Source of the DNA: Pirellulales bacterium | Lineage (GTDB): Bacteria > Planctomycetota > Planctomycetia > Pirellulales > UBA7805 | Direction of reading: 5' to 3' | Length of the DNA: 59,594 bases | Assembly: GCA_046582885.1 (NCBI GenBank) | Contig: JAYGDO010000598.1 | Coordinates: 1-59,594 of the forward strand | Shown: one piece after another, positions 10,301-19,325 of the stretch | How positions within the stretch are numbered: position 1 is the stretch's first letter | Layout: the number at the start of each line of letters is the position of its first letter | Program-made: the position numbers and the translations under genes | The notes under the pieces: generated by a model | Told to the model about the DNA's origin: nothing | What the model saw: the letters and a program-made list of their open reading frames with translations, nothing else | Databases searched by the model: none

Positions 10301-11441
10301 CTCCTTTACTCCAGTAAAGTGTGTCGTGATGCTTCTTGGATTTACCCGTAAGAAGCGGCAAAAGGCTCTTGCCATCGAAGTCGTTCCCGGCAGGCAGTTT
10401 GCCGATTGCATCCAGAGTCGTCGGCAGGATATCGAGCGAAATGACAGGTGTGTCGATGGATCGCTTGCCGGAAAATTTTGCGGGCCAACTGACGATGAAG
10501 GGTGTGCGGATGCCGCCTTCATCCAGGCTGCCTTTGAAGCCGCGCAACGGCGTATTGTCCGCCCGCATCGCTTTTGATCCACCGTTGTCCGTCAGAAAAA
10601 AAAGCAGTGTGTCGTCGAACAGTTCCTCCTCTTTTAATTTTGCCACGACGTCGCCGACGCCGTCGTCCAGGTGCTGGAGCATCGCCATCAGAATCGCGCG
10701 TTCCTTACCGAGTTCGGGAAACCCCTCCCGGAATGCTTCGATATCGGCTTGCGGCGCTTCGGCAGGCGCGTGCACCGCGTTGTAGGCTAGATACAGAAAG
10801 AACGGTCGCGCCTTGTTCCGGCCAATGAACGCAACGGCCTCTTCACTCAGCCGATTCGTCAGGTAGCCTTCGTCGTTGATGCGTTTTTTGTTGCGGTAGA
10901 TTGGATGGGCGAATTTTCCCTCGCTATCGCTCCGCAGATCAAAGTAGCTGTGACCGCCCCGCCCCATGAATTTGTAGCACTCGTCGAAACCGCGATTCAT
11001 GGCGTGCCATTTCAGTTCGGGATAGTCTTCGTCGAGTCCCAGGTGCCACTTGCCGATGGCCGTCGAAATATATGCGTCTGGAAGAAACGACGGAAAAATA
11101 GGCCTCCGTGGGTCAAAGCCGCGGCCGCCATCGCCGGCCGAATAAACGCCCACCCGCTGTTGGTACTGTCCGAGCATCAGGCCCGCTCGAGTCGGCGAGC
11201 AAACATGGCCGCTGGTGTAACCTTGCGTAAAGACAACTCCATCCTTGGCCAGCGCATCCATGTGTGGTGTCGAGACTTCTTTAGCGTGATGCGGATTCTG
11301 GCTGATGTCCGCATACCCTTGATCGTCCGTCAAAATCACGACGATATTGGGTTGCCTGGCCGCCGCGGTTCGCTCACAGTAAGCGAAGAGAATCGCAACG
11401 AGTGAACCCCCGACGAGGAGGCGTGAATTCAGTTTTATCAT
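7335..11441 (-). CDS. 1368-aa tri-modular protein: N-terminal formylglycine-type sulfatase, central glycoside-hydrolase-like domain, C-terminal second sulfatase
   Basis: Signal-like N-terminus. First module: IVVILTDDQGYAD + CSPTRAG (Cys81). Charged linker: ERQKERARIRAEKKKQREAERK. Central domain: VMVGYQGWF ... VAMFDEVDEATAIFK. Second module: NVLFIVCDDLN + CGPSRAS (Cys945), ending LTSDHGYQLGEH. Confidence 0.85.
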   Translation of the reverse strand: MIKLNSRLLVGGSLVAILFAYCERTAAARQPNIVVILTDDQGYADISQNPHHAKEVSTPHMDALAKDGVVFTQGYTSGHVCSPTRAGLMLGQYQQRVGVYSAGDGGRGFDPRRPIFPSFLPDAYISTAIGKWHLGLDEDYPELKWHAMNRGFDECYKFMGRGGHSYFDLRSDSEGKFAHPIYRNKKRINDEGYLTNRLSEEAVAFIGRNKARPFFLYLAYNAVHAPAEAPQADIEAFREGFPELGKERAILMAMLQHLDDGVGDVVAKLKEEELFDDTLLFFLTDNGGSKAMRADNTPLRGFKGSLDEGGIRTPFIVSWPAKFSGKRSIDTPVISLDILPTTLDAIGKLPAGNDFDGKSLLPLLTGKSKKHHDTLYWSKGGDGEWAVRRGDWKLHVSKGRKELINLADDPSERTDLASKNLEVVKALTTAFNDWIKPMADPITGGEKRADARAPEPDKPLTERQKERARIRAEKKKQREAERKATKTGPAAPQSAVVAGTLTGKVMVGYQGWFNCPGDGAQLGWKHWARDLTKPFAPGNVVVDLWPDVSELDPDELYATGFKHADGSPANVFSSANRKTVLRHFQWMRDYGIDGAFLQRFAADLSGPASLQNNNTLLSHVREGAKQSGRAFAVMYDLSGLRGGQVNRVRGDWMKLHTELNVASDEHYLQHNGKPLVAIWGVGFSDDRNYSLRECFELVKWMKSIGCSVMLGVPSFWRERKQDAVDDVLLHEIIKEADVVSPWTIGRYRNPEEASRHATKVWQPDREWCERENVDFLPVVFPGFSWHNLHGGKLDQIPRLKGEFFWSQVRAAKGIGCEMIYVAMFDEVDEATAIFKCTNNPPTGDNAKFITYEGLPVDHYLTLTGRAGQLLRNKTAAGDPPLREPKSSTDSQPEKKAQPNVLFIVCDDLNTHVSTSGFPHIRTPAFEALARGGMRFGRAYCQYPVCGPSRASFLSGLYPESTGVLDNRSDIRQIRPRTQTMPQCFREQGYWTASVGKVFHSTRHEPGKAVWNQFLRFENDEMPHVTAARKAFEAKHGPVDKGKIRQLWKKHLDALSTQTRGQQRPGYGQSGLRDEQHKDGKNVRQVVAWLNDKSHGDQPFFIACGIQKPHVPFLAPDAYFKMYPENSLRFTVPPVDFWNQAPRSAMVNRFEGFGFKLGVENDDLRREYTQAYHACISFIDAQIGLLLDGLKRNDLWDNTIVVLTSDHGYQLGEHFMWGKVTLFEVCDRVPLIIRVPGTTKPDSSSNGLVELVDIYPTLAQLCSVKSPDGLQGRSLVPMLRNAASPGKKIAYTVVTRGQNLGKAIRTERWRYARWPDGEELYDLKADTDEHVNLIESAKHRDILGQMRDNLGRIEKTAASMRKAKSSISD

Positions 11442-11627
11442 TTGAAGTTCATTTCTGCGCAGAAGTCCAGCTTTAGGCCTGGAGGTATTGAAGAGTTTTC
11501 GGCTGATTGCGAACAGATGCAGGCTGCAACTTGAGCAGCGTGATCGTTGGTGTCATTTGGAGATTTTATGCAGTAAGAATTTAGGCGTAAAATCACGGGC
11601 AGCTTGTCGTACATTAAAGCACGAATA

Positions 11628-14150
<2,523 letters not shown>

Positions 14151-14162
14151 CTATCTTCTTGT

Positions 14163-14477
14163 TCACTCACTGTCGGGTATCGACCCGACTTGAAATCGTA
14201 AATCGTCGATTCGCAAATCCGGATCGCGGGCCCGAAGCTCGCTGAGGATTTGCTGCTTCATAAAACTCAACTCCTGCATCACAACTGAATTGGCGACGAT
14301 GACCTCCAGTCTTCGACGTCTGATTTCGCCGCAACGGGTGACCGCGGCCAACGTCTCACCAACCGCTTCTTGCCACGCCTTTTGTCGTTGATCTAACGAC
14401 TTTTTTCTGCCGATTCCCTTGCGTGAGACAATTTCGGCAATCACATTGCCAATTGGTTCTGGCCTCGATCCGCGCAC
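14163..14477 (-). CDS. dciA: DUF721 family protein (DciA-type putative helicase-loading factor)
   Basis: 104 aa. PEPIGNVIAEIVSRKGIG...WQEAVGE...RRRLEVIVANSVVMQELSFMKQQILSEL matches my memory of DUF721. It sits between dnaN and gyrB. Confidence 0.65.
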   Translation of the reverse strand: MRGSRPEPIGNVIAEIVSRKGIGRKKSLDQRQKAWQEAVGETLAAVTRCGEIRRRRLEVIVANSVVMQELSFMKQQILSELRARDPDLRIDDLRFQVGSIPDSE

Positions 14478-14488
14478 GGCTCTTTTCC

Positions 14489-15604
14489 TTAACGATCCCT
14501 AGCCATCGGCATAATAACGTAGCCGTAGCCGTCGTCGGTATAGCAAACTGCCGCACTTCGTTCGTCTTTGATTTCCAGCGTGAACGGCTTCTCCGGGTCA
14601 ATGACCTTGAGGAAGTCGCCCATGTACTTTGGATCGATCATGATCGTTATCGGCGGCCCGTCGTAACTGATTGGCAACTCGATCCTCGACTGACCCGTTT
14701 CGGCAGTCTCAGCGGCCAGCACGACATTGCCTTCGCCAAACGTAAAATCAATACCGCGACTTTCTTCGCTAGTGACAATAGCTGCCTGGCGGACTGCCGA
14801 GAGGAATGGACCTACGGGTAACTCAATTTTTAAGTTGTCATCACGACGCGGGAACACATCTCGCCACTTGGGGAATCGGCCTTCAACCAACCTCGAGTAA
14901 ATGGTCGCCCGCGAACTTTGCACCAGCACATCATTGACTCGGGCGGCAATGTTAATTTCCGCATCAGCCTCCGATAGCGCTCGTTCGACAAGCTGCAACG
15001 AACGCGCCGGGATGATCGTTGTCTGATCGCCGGTTGCGTGACCGCCGACTGATATTGCCTGGCCTTCCATTTTGGCCAATCTCCGTCCATCGGTTCCCAC
15101 GGCAATCAACTTGCTGTCATTCAGCTCGAACAAGACGCCGCCCAGGGCGTATCGACTGCTCTCGGTGTCGGTCGCAAAGATCGTGCGGCGGATTACTTCC
15201 TTAAGGAACCGTGCCGGTACTTCGTGATACTTCTCTTCGGCAAAAACCGCGACGTCGGGAAACTCTGCAGGGTCTTCGCCGGGCAACTTAAAACTGCTGC
15301 GTTCCCCCTTAACGCTGGTCCCCTGCGGGTCAGCTTGGATTTCCAGATGCTCGTCCGGTGATTCCCGTAATATGCTGCCGAAACGGCCGACCGGCAAAAT
15401 AGCGCTGCCGCCCGCCTGTACTTCAACGTCCGCCACGGTACAGCGGATACCCATGACTAAATCAGTGGCCGAGAGTACCGCGCCGTCGGTACTGACGTCG
15501 AGTTTTACATTTTGCAGAATTGTTTTGGGACTGCGTGTCGGGACGACGGGGGAGACAGTCTGAAAAGCCTCCCAAAACTTGGCACGATCACAGCGGATTT
15601 TCAT
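14489..15604 (-). CDS. dnaN: DNA polymerase III beta sliding clamp
   Basis: MKIRCDRAKF..TRSPKTILQNVKL, typical three-domain length of 371 aa. AAGGAG Shine-Dalgarno about 6 nt upstream of the ATG. Confidence 0.95.
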   Translation of the reverse strand: MKIRCDRAKFWEAFQTVSPVVPTRSPKTILQNVKLDVSTDGAVLSATDLVMGIRCTVADVEVQAGGSAILPVGRFGSILRESPDEHLEIQADPQGTSVKGERSSFKLPGEDPAEFPDVAVFAEEKYHEVPARFLKEVIRRTIFATDTESSRYALGGVLFELNDSKLIAVGTDGRRLAKMEGQAISVGGHATGDQTTIIPARSLQLVERALSEADAEINIAARVNDVLVQSSRATIYSRLVEGRFPKWRDVFPRRDDNLKIELPVGPFLSAVRQAAIVTSEESRGIDFTFGEGNVVLAAETAETGQSRIELPISYDGPPITIMIDPKYMGDFLKVIDPEKPFTLEIKDERSAAVCYTDDGYGYVIMPMARDR

Positions 15605-15743
15605 GGTTCGCTCCTTCTTCTTGCTTGAACTTCTTTCTTACTATTATTTATTTTTATCTTATTATTATTAATAATGATCACCGGTTGAAATCGAGGGTCG
15701 CGGCGCAAATCACTCGCACGACAAACTTTGCTTACATTACAAG

Positions 15744-15752
15744 TGTGGAAAA
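15744..15752 (-). promoter_or_regulatory. DnaA-box-like 9-mer (TGTGGAAAA on top strand, i.e. TTTTCCACA)
   Basis: One mismatch to TTATCCACA, inside the dnaA-dnaN gap. Confidence 0.35.
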
Positions 15753-15876
15753 GACGTTCTTAAAATGTCGGCTCAGTGTCGTGGCTGTGTTGGCCAGTTG
15801 TGTATTCTTCAGGCGGAAAATTTCCGGTTGTTGAAACGTTCCAAATCACATTCATCAATTGACAGCCACCGACGGG

Positions 15877-15885
15877 TTATCCACG
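15877..15885 (+). promoter_or_regulatory. DnaA-box-like 9-mer TTATCCACG
   Basis: One mismatch to TTATCCACA, 8 nt beyond the dnaA stop codon. Confidence 0.35.
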
Positions 15886-15892
15886 GCACTGC

Positions 15893-17002
15893 TCACCTCA
15901 GGCGATCGAGGATCTCATCGATCCAGTGTTGCGTTGCCGGTTCTTCGCTTAGTAGTTGCTCGACCTTACGGCAACCATGCAACACGGTCGAATGATCGCG
16001 GCCGCCTAGGTAGTGTCCGATTTTTTTCAGACTGTAGCGACCTTTTTTCCACGCCAAATACATCGTAATGCAGCGTACGTTGGTTACGTGGCGTCGCCGT
16101 GACCGGCCCTTCAGGTCGGCTACGGTCAGGCCGAAACGCTTCGCCGCCGCGACCGCGATGTTGTGGATACGGAGCCCGCCGATGCTGGAGTCACCGACCG
16201 CCACTCGAACCGCCGGTTCGTCAATGACAGGCTGCCGGTCGTTCGCCTTCGCCGCGAGTTTCGCTAGATTCGAGATCAGCCCACTCAAGCATCCCGGCGA
16301 CAAGTCATCCCGACGAGCCAGTACATTCGCCGCCGCAGGCGAGATGCCGGAGTCGACCGCGGCGGCGAATGCTTCGATCATCGCCACACGAGTTTCGTAT
16401 GAAGCTGAGCGTAACGCCACGATCAGCCCACCCGACAGACGGCTCCGCAAACCGGCTTGCAGCCCGCGCAAAACACGCGGCGATACGCGAGACGTGACCA
16501 TGACCTGACCGCCGCTGGTTTCAACCCGGTCAATCAACAAACGCAAACGCTGCTGGGCTGCGGAATGTTTGGATATTTCATGCAGGTCCTCGACCACGAA
16601 CATCGATGCGGGTGCAGCCGACGTCGCGGCATCGTCTTTTAGGCGGTTATCGTTATCGACCCAGGCAATTTTAGCCGCAGTGCCGCAGTGTGCCTGACGC
16701 CTTCGATCCGACTGCCGCCAGGCTGCCGCCAACCCGCTGGCCAAATGGGTTTTCCCCGTGCCGGGCGGACCGTAAATAACGAGTGGACAACGGGAGCTCT
16801 CAAGCGGCCCCTCACCCAAAATCCATTGCCAGGCAACGTCCGCCAAACGGTTCTCGGGACCTGCAAAAAAAGGCGCGACCACCCGCTGATCGATGCTGGA
16901 ATGCGCGCGGCGCGGCCGCAACATTCGCCCATTTAAATCACTTCGTGGAATCGTGAAAACGCCGGCCTGCACCGTGGTTCCGTCCGAATTGAGAGTCGTC
17001 AA
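15893..17002 (-). CDS. dnaA: DnaA-like replication initiator, short form (AAA+ domain III + DNA-binding domain IV, no domains I-II)
   Basis: Walker A VIYGPPGTGKTHL, Walker B FVVEDLH, VMVTSRVSP..LRSRLSGGL. Domain IV: DLKGRSRRRHVTNVRCITMYLAWKKGRYSLKKIGHYLGGRDHSTVLHGCRKV. Start is a TTG at 17002; the first ATG is codon 27. Confidence 0.8.
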   Translation of the reverse strand: MTTLNSDGTTVQAGVFTIPRSDLNGRMLRPRRAHSSIDQRVVAPFFAGPENRLADVAWQWILGEGPLESSRCPLVIYGPPGTGKTHLASGLAAAWRQSDRRRQAHCGTAAKIAWVDNDNRLKDDAATSAAPASMFVVEDLHEISKHSAAQQRLRLLIDRVETSGGQVMVTSRVSPRVLRGLQAGLRSRLSGGLIVALRSASYETRVAMIEAFAAAVDSGISPAAANVLARRDDLSPGCLSGLISNLAKLAAKANDRQPVIDEPAVRVAVGDSSIGGLRIHNIAVAAAKRFGLTVADLKGRSRRRHVTNVRCITMYLAWKKGRYSLKKIGHYLGGRDHSTVLHGCRKVEQLLSEEPATQHWIDEILDRLR

Positions 17003-17050
17003 AAACGCGCCGAAAACGGCGCGGAAAATTTACCTTCTTGTGAACCGGTA

Positions 17051-18259
17051 TTATAGCCCTTTTGAGGTCTGTCGGGGAGCGGGGCGGGGCGATTTTCGTG
17101 CGCGACGGCGTGACTGTAAGTCCTTCAATGCACGGACAATGCGACCGACCGATTCATCGACTTCCTCAACCGTGTTAAAGGCGCCGAAACTGAACCTCAA
17201 AGCGCTGTGCAAAAGCTTCTCGTCGCAGCCCATAGCGCGGAGCACGGGCGATGGTTCCGTCGAACCACTGGCACAACTACTGCCGGTCGCACAAGCGACA
17301 CCTTCCCGGTCCAGGGCCATCAACAATGCCTGTCGACCAAATCCCGGAAAAGAGATATTCGAGGTATGCGGCAACCGTTCGGCGCCCGCCGAATTGACGA
17401 CGATCGTCGGCCAGCGGTTCGAAAGCTCTGCCTCGAACCGGTCTCGGACTTCGCACAAATGCCGAATCCACTCCGGTTGGTTCTCGTGAAACAGATCGAG
17501 CGCTTTGAGTAAGCCGACAGGCAATTCAATCGTCTCGGAGCCCGGTCGCAGGCCGGACTGCTGAAAACCACCAAACATCAGTGGCGATAACTGCGTTCCG
17601 TGCCGCACGACCAACACCGCGATTCCCCGCGGGCCGTGGAATTTATGGGCCGAAATGCTCATCGTGGCCACCTCGTATTTGCGGAAGCTAATCGGCAGCT
17701 TGCCGGCAACTTGGACCGCATCGGTGTGGACAGGAATTCCTAATTCACGGCACTTCCCCGCAATCGCTGCGACCGGCTGGAGTGCCCCGGTTTCGTTATT
17801 TCCTAACATCAAACAAACCAAACGTGTCTGTTTTGAAACCAGGGCCTCCAGGTCGGACAAGTGTGCCACACCGTTGCCATCGACGGGTAGAATTCGCAGC
17901 TTGAAACCGTTTTGTGCCAGATGTTGGGCAGGCAACATAACGCTGGGATGTTCGATCGCCGAAACGATGATCTCGCCCGGTGGAGTTCCTGCCAGACCAC
18001 GAATGGCCAGGTTGTTCGCTTCAGTTGCACCGCTGGTGAAGATCACCTGATCGGTGCTCGCGCCATCGGTTTTTGCGCCAACTGCCTCTGCAATCTGATC
18101 GCGGGTGTCTTCCAGCACATGCCGCGCCCGGCGTCCGGCCTCGTGTTGGCTGGCCGGGTTTGCCAACTGGGCCGCCCCGCAACGATGCATCTCCTCGGCC
18201 ACTTTAGGATGCAGTGGCGTGGTAGCGTTGTTGTCCAGGTAGATCGGCTTTTCCGACAT
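17051..18259 (-). CDS. Cysteine desulfurase (NifS/IscS-like class V aminotransferase)
   Basis: IYLDNNATTP, PLP lysine SISAHKFHGPRG, catalytic Cys ATGSSCASGS. The ORF is open to 18349, but the ATG at 18259 (MSEKPIYLDNN) fits the family N-terminus. Confidence 0.85.
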   Translation of the reverse strand: MSEKPIYLDNNATTPLHPKVAEEMHRCGAAQLANPASQHEAGRRARHVLEDTRDQIAEAVGAKTDGASTDQVIFTSGATEANNLAIRGLAGTPPGEIIVSAIEHPSVMLPAQHLAQNGFKLRILPVDGNGVAHLSDLEALVSKQTRLVCLMLGNNETGALQPVAAIAGKCRELGIPVHTDAVQVAGKLPISFRKYEVATMSISAHKFHGPRGIAVLVVRHGTQLSPLMFGGFQQSGLRPGSETIELPVGLLKALDLFHENQPEWIRHLCEVRDRFEAELSNRWPTIVVNSAGAERLPHTSNISFPGFGRQALLMALDREGVACATGSSCASGSTEPSPVLRAMGCDEKLLHSALRFSFGAFNTVEEVDESVGRIVRALKDLQSRRRARKSPRPAPRQTSKGL

Positions 18260-18506
18260 GTCGGCATTATAAGCCGAAGCAAAGGCCAGGTGGGTGCGAC
18301 CCTGGCGTTGAAATACGGATAGTCGTGAACCGCGCGGAAAAACTTTCAACTGGGTGACAACGCAGCTTAATCGCCCGCATATCCAACTTCGGCTCCTAGC
18401 CGCTGATTGCGATTGCTAGCACGAAAACAGGTGCGGATTACGTGTTTCCTCCGGTCTGTGAATTCGTGTTGTTTACAGGTGGGCGGCGTAGCTATGATCC
18501 CTGGCC

Positions 18507-19130
18507 ATGAGCGAGAAGAACCGGCAGGCTGATAAGACTTTCTTTCGCGCGTTTATCATGGGCGTGGCGCTGGTAGTTGCCACCTGGGCCGGGTTTCGGT
18601 ATACGACGATACCCAAAATGGCCGTTCAGTATGTGATCGGCTGGTACGAAGACCGCACGCACAGGGAGACCGCCGAGCAGGGTGTACCGGAAAGCGAATT
18701 ATCGCAGACCCCGACATCAGGACCGATTCCTGTCAAGGCAAACGATGCGGCGCAAACGAACCGGCCAGGGGGGTCGCCACCGCTGGGCGACGCGTCGCGG
18801 TTGACGGTTTCGACCAACCAATCGGATGTTCGTCCAGCCGGGTATGAGGCGCCGATTGTCGGCTCGGCCCGATTTGTGGATGGTGCGGCGGCAAATCGTC
18901 GATCCGCCATTGAAGCGAAGTTGGCCGATTTGGGTGTTGTCTATTGCCTGTTGGAATCGTACGGCCGCAAGGATCGGCGTTATCGATTCCATTGCGATGT
19001 CGGTCTGGCAGGCGCGCCGGACGTCACACATAGTTTTGAAGCGGTTGGTAGCGATCCAGTCGCAGTGATGGAAAAGGTCCTGGCTGATGTCGAAAAATGG
19101 CGAGGTCCGATCGGCCCGCACGGTTGGTAA
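18507..19130 (+). CDS. Hypothetical membrane-anchored protein
   Basis: One N-terminal TM helix (FFRAFIMGVALVVATWAGF), a Pro/Ser/Thr linker, then a ~90-aa C-terminal domain. No motif I recognise. Confidence 0.5.
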   Translation: MSEKNRQADKTFFRAFIMGVALVVATWAGFRYTTIPKMAVQYVIGWYEDRTHRETAEQGVPESELSQTPTSGPIPVKANDAAQTNRPGGSPPLGDASRLTVSTNQSDVRPAGYEAPIVGSARFVDGAAANRRSAIEAKLADLGVVYCLLESYGRKDRRYRFHCDVGLAGAPDVTHSFEAVGSDPVAVMEKVLADVEKWRGPIGPHGW

Positions 19131-19325
19131 AAGTCGCCCGGTTGCTCCGCGCCGACTACTTTGTGTGGCTTTCGTTTTTTCTGCGGGCGGACCTCCGAAC
19201 GGCCGCGTCGGCGAGTGTGTTTTTCGGTCGTAGGAGATATGTAGGTTGGGAAAAAATCCTTGCCGACTCTTTGGCTAGCGGACGTTGAGGCAGTCGGCCT
19301 CGCCATACGAGTAAATGCACACAAA

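Larger units (their letters stand above)
15605..15892. other. Candidate oriC / DNA-unwinding region in the dnaA-dnaN intergenic gap
   Basis: 15631..15680 has only 6 G/C in 50 nt (my count), against much more GC-rich flanks. There are two 8/9 matches to the DnaA box TTATCCACA. The position between dnaA and dnaN is classical. Confidence 0.45.

Noticed and set aside
9432-10785. Plus-strand ORFs (267 aa, 149 aa and others) inside the sulfatase fusion gene
   Set aside because: They are antisense to a CDS with clear sulfatase and GH-like motifs. They contain no recognisable domains.
18260-18506. Alternative oriC at the minus/plus strand-switch between the desulfurase gene and the orphan membrane protein gene
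   Set aside because: The region is not AT-rich, and I found no 9-mer with fewer than two mismatches to the DnaA box. It is kept only as a caveat for the 15.6 kb candidate.
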